From contig SICD01000002.1 in assembly GCA_009694865.1 (NCBI GenBank), positions 1 through 61,634 of the forward strand: DNA of 61,634 nucleotides, read 5' to 3'. Under the pieces are notes generated by a model, which saw nothing but the letters and a program-made list of their open reading frames with translations, was not told where the DNA came from and searched no databases. Source of the stretch: Candidatus Magasanikiibacteriota bacterium. Lineage in GTDB: Bacteria > Patescibacteriota > Patescibacteriia > Magasanikbacterales > GWA2-37-8. The position numbers and the translations under genes were made by a program. Positions 44,751-53,483 of the stretch are shown one piece after another (position 1 is the stretch's first letter; each line of letters opens with the position of its first letter).

Positions 44751-45580
44751 AGTGGGCGGGCGTTTATATAATGGCGCCGTTCTTTTTTGTTTAATTTTTC
44801 AATCGCGTATCGCAACATCGTGCGGGGCATGGTTGGATGATGTTGATTGAGAAATTTTTTCAGTAGGGGTGTATTGCCATACGCCAGCATTTCGCGTTTG
44901 CCAACTTCACGGAGCATCCAGCCGGTGGCTTTGTGAATTAAATCATGTTTGTCGTTAAGAAGCAAGGTGGCGAGGTGAATGGTTTCTTTGAAACGATTGG
45001 CGCGGATGAAGGCGAAGGTGGCGACGATGGCGATGCGGCGTTCCCAGAGGTTTGGGGAGCGGGCGAGGGTGGTGAGAAGAGCCAGCCGTGACTGAACCCC
45101 CCTCTCTGTCTCCCCCCTTATAGGGGGGAGAGGAATACGTTTGCCCTCCCCTATAAGGGGAGGGACGGAGGGTGGGGTTTTCGTTTCGCGTTCATCGTTC
45201 ACAAGATATTCCCCCACAATCTGCGAGGCGGATGCGTCCACTAAATCCCAATTATTAACGCGTTTGGCATTTTTGAGGTAGAAAGAAAATATTTTTTTCT
45301 TTTGAGATCCAGTACCTGTTTGAAATTGATGTACCAAGATGACGAGCGCGATGAAACGTCCCTCATGAATTTTTGATTTGAGTAGTTTTTGGATGTCGGG
45401 GAGGGGTAGAGTATAAAAATTTTTAGCAATTTTTCTTCGTTCGGGCACGGTGAGACCTAAAAATTTGTCGCCTTCGCCGTATTCGCCATGGCCGGTTTTG
45501 TAAAATCCACTGTATATTTTGGCTTTAGCGGGGTTGGCGTGGGAGTGGAGGATTTTTTTGAGTTGGGATAATGTCGGCAT
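44747..45580 (-). CDS. DNA alkylation repair (AlkD-like HEAT-repeat) protein carrying an internal Family B repeat
   Basis: Start trimmed out of a Family A arm to MPTLSQLKK. Motif VNNWDLVDASASQIVGEYL. The insert is encoded by 45095-45179. Confidence 0.8.
   Translation of the reverse strand: MPTLSQLKKILHSHANPAKAKIYSGFYKTGHGEYGEGDKFLGLTVPERRKIAKNFYTLPLPDIQKLLKSKIHEGRFIALVILVHQFQTGTGSQKKKIFSFYLKNAKRVNNWDLVDASASQIVGEYLVNDERETKTPPSVPPLIGEGKRIPLPPIRGETERGVQSRLALLTTLARSPNLWERRIAIVATFAFIRANRFKETIHLATLLLNDKHDLIHKATGWMLREVGKREMLAYGNTPLLKKFLNQHHPTMPRTMLRYAIEKLNKKERRHYINARPL
45095..45179. repeat. Family B element inside the alkD-like CDS
   Basis: Hairpins TCTCCCCCC-TTATA-GGGGGGAGA and CCCTCCCC-TATAA-GGGGAGGG within an AACCCC...GGGGTT outer stem. 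Translated as TPPSVPPLIGEGKRIPLPPIRGETERG. Confidence 0.65.
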
Positions 45581-45587
45581 ACATATA

Positions 45588-45623
45588 GTGAGCCAGAGAT
45601 TCCTCCTGCGACGTCGGAATGAC
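45588..45623. repeat. Family A arm
   Basis: GTGAGCCAGAGATTCCTCCTGCGACGTCGGAATGAC, nearly identical to the arm at 18517-18550. Confidence 0.65.
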
Positions 45624-45628
45624 AATGT

Positions 45629-46495
45629 CTATTCCTGACTCGGATAAATTAAGCTTCCGTCATACGTTCCCCCGGCGATGTCGGGTCTGCGATCGACTTT
45701 GGTGTTGTTGGTGCCGGGGCCGCAATCTGGGTTCAGTGGGGCGGCTTCGAAGTGGTTATTTTCGATGGTTGGTTTGGCGCCTTGTTCGCAGTTTATTGAG
45801 AGCTGCGCATCGTGGAGAAAATTGTTGGTGACGATATTGTCATTTCCAGCCTTAAGGCCAATAGCTTGGTGCCAGCAGTGGTAAACTTCGTTGTGATCAA
45901 TACGGTTGCCGGAGGAGAAAATATCAATGCAACTCCAGAGTGAATCATGTACTCGGCTGTTGGTGACAGACACATTATTGCCCTGCACATTGATGCCATT
46001 GTGGGCGTAGCTCACCTCAACATGATCGAGCTTGCTTCCGCTCGCGAGCACAAGTTCATCCCAATCGGCGTACTCGGGTTTGGCCTGTGCGGACGTAAAA
46101 ATAATTGGTTGTACGGCGGTGCCGATGGCGAGTATTCTTCCGTAAATTTCAAAATGCGATTTATTGTAACCGGTGTGGCCGGTGGGATCGTTGTGTTTGG
46201 TGATGAAATCGTCCGCGTATTTTGTCCACGGGGTGTTGGGAGCATTGGGATTTTTTTCAAATAGAATTTTCGTGCCGGGTTCGATCGTCAATGGTGCCCA
46301 TGGGGCGAAGTAGGTATCGCCAGTGATGTGGATGGTGCCACCCCAAATTTCGGAGCGAAGATGAATACCGGAGCGGGTAGTATTGAAAATGTTTTGGGGA
46401 GGAAGGAAGAGAAAAATTTTGAAAAAAATTAGAATCGTGAGGGGGGCGGCGATCAAAGTGGTGAGAATTTTATAGTGGGAGATGAATTGAAACAT
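45629..46495 (-). CDS. Membrane-anchored right-handed parallel beta-helix repeat protein
   Basis: N-terminal TM segment, then PbH1-like repeats (HNGINVQGNNVSVTNSRVHDS, NRIDHNEVYHC, DNIVTNNFLHD). Confidence 0.7.
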   Translation of the reverse strand: MFQFISHYKILTTLIAAPLTILIFFKIFLFLPPQNIFNTTRSGIHLRSEIWGGTIHITGDTYFAPWAPLTIEPGTKILFEKNPNAPNTPWTKYADDFITKHNDPTGHTGYNKSHFEIYGRILAIGTAVQPIIFTSAQAKPEYADWDELVLASGSKLDHVEVSYAHNGINVQGNNVSVTNSRVHDSLWSCIDIFSSGNRIDHNEVYHCWHQAIGLKAGNDNIVTNNFLHDAQLSINCEQGAKPTIENNHFEAAPLNPDCGPGTNNTKVDRRPDIAGGTYDGSLIYPSQE

Positions 46496-46529
46496 GTAAT
46501 TATTTTTGTAACGTGTTTTTATTTTTTAA

Positions 46530-47177
46530 CTATTTTTTCCCCAACACAAAATTATTCCACCAGTATGTTTTTATTTGGATAATTGAAAAACCAGCGTTTA
46601 GCAAAAATTGAGCCAGTTCGTCTCGGCTATAATACGCGTGGGCGTATTCGAGCGGTTTGATTATTTTGGTGACGAGATATTTGAGGACACGATTGTTGAA
46701 AGCGATGTCGGCAAGAAGGAAGAGACCGCCCGGTTTGAGGACGCGATGAATTTCGCGGAGGGTGTTTCCAGGTTCGGAAAAATGGTGGAAGGCTTCGGAG
46801 CACAGGATAATATTAAAAGTTTGATCGGGGAATGGGAGGCTGCTTGCGTTGCCTTCGCGAAATGTTAGGTTGGTTAATTTGTTTGTTTTGGAGCGGGCGG
46901 TGGCAATCATTTCTGGCGTTAAATCAAGGCCGGTGAATTGCGTGGCCGGAAATTCGTGGGCGAGGCGATAGAGAACTTCGGCAGTGCCGCAGGCGACGTC
47001 GAGCATAGTGGTGCCGGTGCCTAGAAGTAGAGGTTCAAAATTTTGAACCTCTACTTGTTTGAGAAGGGAAATAATTTTTCGATAGAGTGGTTCAAAAAAT
47101 AACCGTGAACGCAGGCGGTCATATTTTTTGGCCCAGCGGCCAAAGAAGGCGCGGTTGTGAGATTCGTGGGTGTTCAT
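46530..47177 (-). CDS. Class I SAM-dependent methyltransferase
   Basis: Motif I MLDVACGTAEV, FNIILCSEAFHHF, and LKPGGLFLLAD. Confidence 0.85.
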   Translation of the reverse strand: MNTHESHNRAFFGRWAKKYDRLRSRLFFEPLYRKIISLLKQVEVQNFEPLLLGTGTTMLDVACGTAEVLYRLAHEFPATQFTGLDLTPEMIATARSKTNKLTNLTFREGNASSLPFPDQTFNIILCSEAFHHFSEPGNTLREIHRVLKPGGLFLLADIAFNNRVLKYLVTKIIKPLEYAHAYYSRDELAQFLLNAGFSIIQIKTYWWNNFVLGKK

Positions 47178-47222
47178 AATGTGCCTTTAGTATATCATGC
47201 CGGGTGGGTGGAGGAAATTGTG

Positions 47223-47255
47223 AAAATAAAAACAGCCTTATGAAAAAGCTGTTTT
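47223..47255 (-). terminator. Rho-independent terminator of the GC-rich-island gene
   Basis: AAAACAGC-(11 nt)-GCTGTTTT with a U-run on the minus strand. About 22/28 nt are shared with the hairpin at 56301-56328. Confidence 0.55.
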
Positions 47256-47319
47256 ATAGGGACCTCGATGATAGCGCCCCCTCGACGCACCTCGAGGTAG
47301 AATGCGTCGGATTGGTCCC

Positions 47320-47667
47320 CTAGAGGCCGTGGCGAAGCAGGAAAGCCTCGACCGCCCTAACGACCGCATGATCGGCGGTACCGTCGGCGAGGATGTGCTC
47401 GTCTCGGTAGAAGCAGAACCAGCCGTTGTCGGCGCACACCTGCGCCAACTTTTCCCGGGCACAGTCCATGCGAGAAGATGCCCGCACCATCACCGGACCC
47501 TCCGACCAGTCCTTCTTCGGAAGCGAATCGATGGTGCCGCCCCAGTGCTGCTCGTCCAGCATTACCCCACGATCACTGAGGAACTGGAGCAGGTTTTGGG
47601 AACTCATCGCCGCGTCGATGCTTTCCAGGCTGACGTAGCCTGGAAAGAGATACACTTTTACCTTCAC
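47320..47667 (-). CDS. Hypothetical protein in a GC-rich island
   Basis: 115-aa ORF with a GTG start 6 nt after AAGGAGG. GC content is far above its flanks. Competing overlapping ORFs lack an RBS. Confidence 0.55.
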   Translation of the reverse strand: MKVKVYLFPGYVSLESIDAAMSSQNLLQFLSDRGVMLDEQHWGGTIDSLPKKDWSEGPVMVRASSRMDCAREKLAQVCADNGWFCFYRDEHILADGTADHAVVRAVEAFLLRHGL

Positions 47668-47804
47668 GATGATCCTCCTTTCTCCCGCGCCAGTGCGGGA
47701 GTGGCAGAACCATAGCAGAGAGAGAGAGTTGTAAAGGCCTGTGGGGTGGATAAAAAAACAGAAATTCGTGGAGAATTTCTATAAGTGTTTTTGATTGTGT
47801 GATT

Positions 47805-47899
47805 GATACTTTTTGGTGGCAGAAAGTATCGCAAAAACCACTGGGTGGCCAGAACTCGTCGCTTCACTCCTCAAACAGCTGGCCCCCCAGACCCCCAAG
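47805..47899 (+). repeat. Family C structured repeat, copy 3 (diverged)
   Basis: GATACTTTTTGGTGGCAGAAAGTATC + GCAAAAACCACTGGGTGGCCAG...CTGGCCCCCCAGACCCCCAAG. Confidence 0.6.
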
Positions 47900-47913
47900 G
47901 AAACAATTTTTTC

Positions 47914-47975
47914 TTATTTTACTTTTCGTTCGCGTTTGGGGATTTTGAAGGAGATGAGGTTGCGCTGTTGGTTTA
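47914..47975 (-). pseudogene. Remnant of a recQ 3' end
   Basis: The reverse complement encodes ...NLISFKIPKRERKVK*, compared with the recQ C-terminus ...NLQTKISLKIPKRERKIK*. Nucleotides 47897-47955 match 50010-50068 at about 54/59. Confidence 0.6.
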
Positions 47976-48137
47976 GTAAATTATAGTGGCTAAAGTAAGG
48001 TGCTGTTTTGATTTTAGCCTTGATAAGAACAAGCCCGCTCTCTTGACATTTTTAACCACAAGGTTTATAGTTATGGCATAGAGTATGAAATGTTACATAC
48101 TACAACATACTAGACTAATAAATTACAATTGCCCAAG

Positions 48138-48162
48138 ATCCCGACCAAGTCGGGATTTTTTA
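48138..48162 (+). terminator. Terminator-like hairpin 14 nt upstream of the helicase start
   Basis: ATCCCGAC-CAA-GTCGGGAT followed by TTTTT. Shares the CCCGACCAAGTCGG core with 19661-19676. Confidence 0.4.
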
Positions 48163-48175
48163 ATGTAATAACACT

Positions 48176-50008
48176 ATGCAAGAAAAATTAAAGAAGACAA
48201 TTCTTGACCAGTCTCGTAAGCATATTGCAGACATTCGTCAAAAAATTGATGATACTATTAAGCGTCGTGAGGCTAAAACAGCTGTTATGAAAAAATCGGC
48301 AATCTCAATGTTGCCCGGCGACGCAATGGCCCAGTATAAAATTGCGGCCAACAACCAAGAGCAAGTCGAAAATCTTAAACAACTTTATCCGTCGCCCTAT
48401 TTTACCCGTTGTGAATTTGAAATTAACGGTGAGAAAAAAATAATGTATTTTGCTAAGTTTTCTTTTAGCGACGAAAAAATATATTCATGGATTACCCCAG
48501 CCTCGACGCTCCGTTTTGAGAACCCTGGCCCCGCTTCTTACGCTCGACCAGACGGAAAAGTACAATCAGGGGTATTGCTGAGTAAAAATCAGTACATGAT
48601 TGTTGACGGCAAGCTATTATTTCTTTCGACCGAAAGTACGGAACACAGAAGGGAGCTGATCTACCAAGAACATTTTACCCGTCAAAAGTCCGGTTTTATT
48701 TTGCCAGAAGTAGTGGAGCAAATGGAAAAAGCACAAGACCAAGTGGTGCGTGCTCCGTATCGTGGGCCTTTTCTCATTTCTGGCCCGGCTGGTTCAGGAA
48801 AAACAACATTGGCGCTCCATCGCGTTGCCTACTTAATGCAATCGCCGGAAACCGCTGAGCTATTTCCGACTAATTCTATATTGGTTTTAGTCCAAGATAT
48901 CGGCACTAAAGAATATTTTTCGCACTTGCTTCCCGAGTTAGGTATACGAGGAGTGGAAATTATCACGTTTGCGGAATGGGCTTTGACTATACTGGATTTA
49001 AGTAACAATTACCACGTTATTGTTCGCTATGGCACCAACGAGCAAGAAAGAAATTTGTATGAGTATAGCAAGATTATTGCTTTAAAACAGTTACCGAACG
49101 ACACAAATTTTAACAAAAATATTTGGGGGTTGCTTCAAAAAATTTATAAAAATGTTTTTAACAAAGCCCAACAAGAGCTATTCGTTCAACAAAAAAACGA
49201 GCTCGCGCTAGACCGTTTTGATCTAACCATTTTATTGAAGTACTATTTCAAAACGTATGGACAGTTTACGATACGTAAAGATTATTATGAGGAATTGGCC
49301 AGTGGGTCTTATCGTAAAAAGAACAACGCCTTTCAAGTAGAGTATAATTTAACAATTATTGATGAGTTCCAAAATTATTTGCCCGAACAACTGGCCTTGC
49401 TTAAAACGTGCCTTAATCATCGGTTGGAGTCAATAGTATACGTTGGCGATTTGGCACAACAAACGCAATTAGGAACGGTGAGAGATTGGGATAGTATTGG
49501 AGAAAAAATCGAAAGCAATAGACTGGTTACTCTTCAAAAGGTATATCGCAACACGAAACAAATTTTGAACTTTATTCGTGAGCTTGGTTATGCTGTCCAA
49601 ATACCGCAAGGAGTTAAAGAAGGTCGGTTGGTAATGGAGTATGTGTTTGAATCAAAACAAGAGGAGATAGCCAAAATTAACAAAATTTTATTGGACTCTA
49701 GTGGTGGTGCCATTGGGATTCTTGCGAAAGATAGAGAATACCTCGATGAATTTAAGAGGGAGTTTGGCGAGAACCCAAATGTGCACTGTCTAAACATGCT
49801 GGAAGCGCAGGGTGTAGAATTTGAAACGGTTTGTCTTGTTGGTATTGATAAAAGTTCTTTTGGCGTTGATGGGTTGCCACAGGCGGCGCTAGAAGAAATA
49901 AAAAAAGTTCAGCGAGATTTATTATATGTGGCACTTACTCGTGCCATGTCGGAATTGCACATTATGGGCAAGACGAGATTAAAAGATATTTATGATAGCA
50001 GTTTTTAA
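48176..50008 (+). CDS. UvrD-superfamily helicase, HelD (helicase IV)-like
   Basis: N-terminal coiled coil, then PYFTRCEFEI...MYFAKFS...SWITPASTLRF. Walker A GPAGSGKTT, Walker B IIDEFQN, C-terminal LLYVALTRAMSELHIMG. Confidence 0.75.
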   Translation: MQEKLKKTILDQSRKHIADIRQKIDDTIKRREAKTAVMKKSAISMLPGDAMAQYKIAANNQEQVENLKQLYPSPYFTRCEFEINGEKKIMYFAKFSFSDEKIYSWITPASTLRFENPGPASYARPDGKVQSGVLLSKNQYMIVDGKLLFLSTESTEHRRELIYQEHFTRQKSGFILPEVVEQMEKAQDQVVRAPYRGPFLISGPAGSGKTTLALHRVAYLMQSPETAELFPTNSILVLVQDIGTKEYFSHLLPELGIRGVEIITFAEWALTILDLSNNYHVIVRYGTNEQERNLYEYSKIIALKQLPNDTNFNKNIWGLLQKIYKNVFNKAQQELFVQQKNELALDRFDLTILLKYYFKTYGQFTIRKDYYEELASGSYRKKNNAFQVEYNLTIIDEFQNYLPEQLALLKTCLNHRLESIVYVGDLAQQTQLGTVRDWDSIGEKIESNRLVTLQKVYRNTKQILNFIRELGYAVQIPQGVKEGRLVMEYVFESKQEEIAKINKILLDSSGGAIGILAKDREYLDEFKREFGENPNVHCLNMLEAQGVEFETVCLVGIDKSSFGVDGLPQAALEEIKKVQRDLLYVALTRAMSELHIMGKTRLKDIYDSSF

Positions 50009-50026
50009 GAAGGAAACAATTTTGTT

Positions 50027-51871
50027 TTACTTTATTTTTCGTTCGCGTTTGGGGATTTTGAGGGAGATTTTGGTTTGGAGATTGTGCGACTGACAGTAAG
50101 TGGAAATCGCGGAGATAAATTGTTGCCCGTATTTTGAAGTTTTTAAATCGCCGAAGCCGGAGATTTTGCGGATGTCCTCAAGAGACATAGGGAGATAGGT
50201 GGCGAGTTCGAGAATGGTGGCGTCGGAAAAAATAAGATAAGGCGGGACGTTTTCGGCGCGGGCGAGATTCGTACGGATGAGTTTGAGATTGGTGAATAAT
50301 TCTGGTTCAGAGGGGACGTCTTCTTGTTGAGGTGCCACTGGCTGTGACCGTACGGCAGTTTTTATTAACATTACGATTTCTTTGCCTTGGAGCACGGGCA
50401 CGCTTTTTTCGGTGAGTTTTAAAACGGGGTACTCCAGGCCGCCGACGCGGAGGTAGCCGAGGCCGACGAGGTCTTTGAGGTAGCGGAGCCAGAGTTCTTT
50501 GGGGAGGTCGGCGCCGGCGCCGTAGGTTTTGAGGGCGCGATGTTCGTCTTTCATTTTTTCTGATTTGGAACCGCGCAAAAAATCTGTCACGTAGTGGCGG
50601 CCGTACTGGCCTTCCAGGCGCGCGACGGCGGAGAGGGCTTTTTGGGCAATGAGTGTGCCGTCGAATCGTTCCACTTCGGTGAGACAGGAGTCGCAACTGG
50701 CGCAGGCAGCGGAAGTTTCTTCCCCAAAATAGTTTAAGAGCAGTTTTCTACGGCAGTCACGACTTTCGCCGTAGGCCATCATTTGGTTAAGTTTTTTGAG
50801 GAGGATGGTGTTTTGTTCCGGATTATTTTCAATTTGTATAAATTTTTTTAATTTCATTACATCGCCGGCGCCGTAAAAAAGCAAGGCGTCACTTCTTAAG
50901 CCATCGCGACCCGCTCGCCCGGTTTCTTGGTAATAGCTTTCAATATTTTTGGGGAGATCGACGTGGATAACAAAACGCACGTTGGATTTGTTGATGCCCA
51001 TGCCAAAGGCAATCGTGGCCACGATAATTTTTACGTCATCTTTAATAAAAAGTTCTTGATTTTCTCGGCGCGTCTCCGGGTTAAGGCCCGCATGATATGG
51101 GCGCACGGAAAAACCTTGGAGATCCAGATTTTCGGCCAGGTCCTCGGCGGATTTTCGGGATAAAGTGTAGATGATACCAGAGTCATCGCGGTGTTTTTCT
51201 AAATAATTGCCGAGGCGATTGGTGAGGCTGTTTTTTGGTTCCACAAAATAGTGAATATTGGGGCGGTTGAAGCTGGAGAGAAAAACTTCGGCTTTTTGGA
51301 GGCCAAGTTTCTCCATAATGTCGCGGCGAGTGGTTTCGTCGGCCGTGGCGGTGAGGGCGATGGTGGGCGCGCGCGGGAATAATTCTTTGAGGCGGGCGAG
51401 CAGGCGATACTCGGGTCGGAAGTCGTGGCCCCAGGCGGAGATGCAGTGGGCTTCGTCAATGGCGAACAGTGAGACGTTGAGCGTTTGTAAGAATTGCAAA
51501 AATTCGCCGCTACCGCCGAGGAGTCGTTCGGGGGCGACGTAAAGGAGTTTGAGTTTGTTTTGTCGGAGTTCGTTCATTACCCACGTGCGGTCGTCGGTCG
51601 AGAGGGTAGAATTTAAAAAAGCGGCCGGGATGCCGTTCAAGCGCAGGGCGTCCACCTGATCTTTCATGAGGGCGATGAGAGGAGAAATGACGACGGTGAG
51701 GCCGGGGAAGAGAAGCGCGGGAATTTGGTAACAAAGCGATTTGCCACCGCCGGTTGGCATTACGGCAAGGGCATCACGCCCCTCGAGCACAGCGTTAATG
51801 GCGCCCTCTTGCTCGTGGCGGAATGAGTCGTAGCCGAATTTGGTTTTGAGGAGGTCGAGAGCGGAGGGCAT
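50027..51871 (-). CDS. recQ: ATP-dependent DNA helicase RecQ
   Basis: TGGGKSLCYQIPA, DEAHCISAWGHDFRPEY, Zn-binding Cys cluster, and a C-terminal HRDC-like segment. Confidence 0.95.
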   Translation of the reverse strand: MPSALDLLKTKFGYDSFRHEQEGAINAVLEGRDALAVMPTGGGKSLCYQIPALLFPGLTVVISPLIALMKDQVDALRLNGIPAAFLNSTLSTDDRTWVMNELRQNKLKLLYVAPERLLGGSGEFLQFLQTLNVSLFAIDEAHCISAWGHDFRPEYRLLARLKELFPRAPTIALTATADETTRRDIMEKLGLQKAEVFLSSFNRPNIHYFVEPKNSLTNRLGNYLEKHRDDSGIIYTLSRKSAEDLAENLDLQGFSVRPYHAGLNPETRRENQELFIKDDVKIIVATIAFGMGINKSNVRFVIHVDLPKNIESYYQETGRAGRDGLRSDALLFYGAGDVMKLKKFIQIENNPEQNTILLKKLNQMMAYGESRDCRRKLLLNYFGEETSAACASCDSCLTEVERFDGTLIAQKALSAVARLEGQYGRHYVTDFLRGSKSEKMKDEHRALKTYGAGADLPKELWLRYLKDLVGLGYLRVGGLEYPVLKLTEKSVPVLQGKEIVMLIKTAVRSQPVAPQQEDVPSEPELFTNLKLIRTNLARAENVPPYLIFSDATILELATYLPMSLEDIRKISGFGDLKTSKYGQQFISAISTYCQSHNLQTKISLKIPKRERKIK

Positions 51872-52019
51872 ATGTACGAAATACGAAAGCTACGAAAGTA
51901 CGAAATGCAATGGACGCGCTCTCATGATAGCTAAAATGTGGGGCGGAGGCAATGAGTTGTGTCCTTTGAAGCGCGACGGTTTTATATTTAATGTGGCCAC
52001 ATCTATATTTTTATTTCTG

Positions 52020-52104
52020 CGGAGAGGGTGAGATTCGAACTCACGGTCCCTTGCGGGACACGGCTTTTCGAGAGCCGCACTTTAGACCACTCAGACACCT
52101 CTCC
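52020..52104 (-). tRNA. tRNA-Ser (anticodon CGA)
   Basis: GGAGAGGTG...anticodon arm CGGCT-CTCGAAA-AGCCG, long variable arm, T-arm GTGAGTTCGAATCTCAC. No encoded CCA. Confidence 0.88.
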
Positions 52105-52152
52105 AATTAGATTTGAGATAATACTAGAGGAAAATTTGATTTTTAGCAAGGG

Positions 52153-53172
52153 TTATTGGTGTGGCGCGTAGTATTCGATGGTATCCGCGCCGATTTGATT
52201 AGTGTGGTCAAGTAAAAATTTTTCTGTGAGCCTCTGCGGTTCCTTGATGAAATCAACGCCCGCATTAAATATTTTTGGTGAGCGGATAATGATCCATTCA
52301 TTTACCAAACCACTTTTAAAAAAATGTTGGAGCAGGCGCGCGCCACCTTCCACGAGGACGCTGGTGATATTGCGGCGCGCTAGTTCTCTAAGAATGGTGG
52401 CGACGGTAATTTGGGCGTTACTGGTAAGGACGAGGGTGTTTTTGTCATTAAAAATTTTAGCATCTGGTGGAATAGTTGCCTGGCCAGAAATGATGACGCG
52501 GAGAGGATTACGTGGTCGTGTTATTTTTTGGGAGCGGACGGTTAATTCAGGATTATCAATTTTAACTGTTCGCGCGCCGACCATAATGGCATCACAGCGT
52601 TGGCGCAGTGTCTGAACAAATTCCCAAGCTTCGGGGCCGCTGATGGCGGTGCGGGCGCCCTCGCGCGCGGTTAGTTTATTATTTTTACTCACGGCAACTT
52701 TTGCCACGACGTAGGGTTTGTGATGGGCAATCCAATGGAAATAAATTCTATTTTGATAGCGCGCTTCGGTTACTAACATTCCATCTTCGACGATTAATTC
52801 AGCCGAGCGGAGTTTTACGGCGCCACCACCAGCTACGTCCTGGTTGGGGTCAGGGGCGGCGAAGACGACGTGCGCGATTTTTGATTCAAGAATGGCTTTG
52901 GTGCACGGCGGTTGCTTACCGGTGTGGTTGCAGGGTTCCAAGGTGACATAGAGTGTAGCGCCGGCGACATTTTCGCCACGAGCGGCAGCGTTTTTTAGTG
53001 CGATGACTTCGGCGTGGGCTTCGCCGTACGTGGCGTGGTAGCCCTCGCCGATTATTTGTCCATCCTTAACTATGACCGCACCAACCAGTGGGTTAGGCGC
53101 GACCCAACCCGCTCCCTGCTCGGCGAGTTCGAGGGCACGGGACATGTAGTGTTGGTCGATGGGGGAGGGCAT
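52153..53172 (-). CDS. ribD: Bifunctional riboflavin biosynthesis deaminase/reductase
   Basis: CMP/dCMP deaminase motifs HAEVIAL and PCNHTGKQPPC, plus a C-terminal RibD_C reductase-like half. Confidence 0.92.
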   Translation of the reverse strand: MPSPIDQHYMSRALELAEQGAGWVAPNPLVGAVIVKDGQIIGEGYHATYGEAHAEVIALKNAAARGENVAGATLYVTLEPCNHTGKQPPCTKAILESKIAHVVFAAPDPNQDVAGGGAVKLRSAELIVEDGMLVTEARYQNRIYFHWIAHHKPYVVAKVAVSKNNKLTAREGARTAISGPEAWEFVQTLRQRCDAIMVGARTVKIDNPELTVRSQKITRPRNPLRVIISGQATIPPDAKIFNDKNTLVLTSNAQITVATILRELARRNITSVLVEGGARLLQHFFKSGLVNEWIIIRSPKIFNAGVDFIKEPQRLTEKFLLDHTNQIGADTIEYYAPHQ

Positions 53173-53217
53173 TTACGGTATGTTAGAGGATGAAATTTAC
53201 TATTTGGCTGGGCTAAC

Positions 53218-53437
53218 CAAATTTCTAAGTACCTAATATCTAATTTCTAATAAAATGTCAAAGGCACGACTGTCATTCCGACCGAGCGTCACAGCGAGTG
53301 GAGGAATCCCTTGACCCCTGCGACTCAATGGTCAAGCGATTTCTCGACTTCGTCCCGAGCGACTCTGGACTACGCTCGAAATGACAACTGGACATTGGGA
53401 ATTATATTAGAAATTAGGAATTAGAATTTAGAAATTT
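53218..53437. repeat. Roughly 220-bp composite palindrome (AT-rich outer arms enclosing a Family A element) between ribA and ribD
   Basis: AAATTTCTAA...CTAATTTCTAATA...ATGTC faces GACAT...TATTAGAAATTAG...TTAGAAATTT. The core at 53272-53385 is GTCATTCCGACCGAGCG...CGCTCGAAATGAC. Confidence 0.65.
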
Positions 53438-53483
53438 ATAATAAAACCTACCACCTTACCCCGCCCCCGGTGAGAGGTTGGTG

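Noticed and set aside
28420-45179. Possibility that the short GC-rich repeats form a CRISPR array.
   Set aside because: Copies are kilobases apart and irregularly spaced. They are internally palindromic with variable sequence, mostly sit inside genes, and no cas genes are present.
53173-53483. FMN (RFN) riboswitch upstream of ribD. The same was considered upstream of ribA (54150-54400) and of the transporter-riboflavin-kinase gene (29608-29802).
   Set aside because: No RFN core-like sequences (the GGGGCAGGGTGAAATTCCC / AGTCTGGATGGGAGA type) are visible on the relevant strand. The spacers are occupied by repeats or by short ACATTGTT motifs. A covariance-model scan would be needed to be certain.
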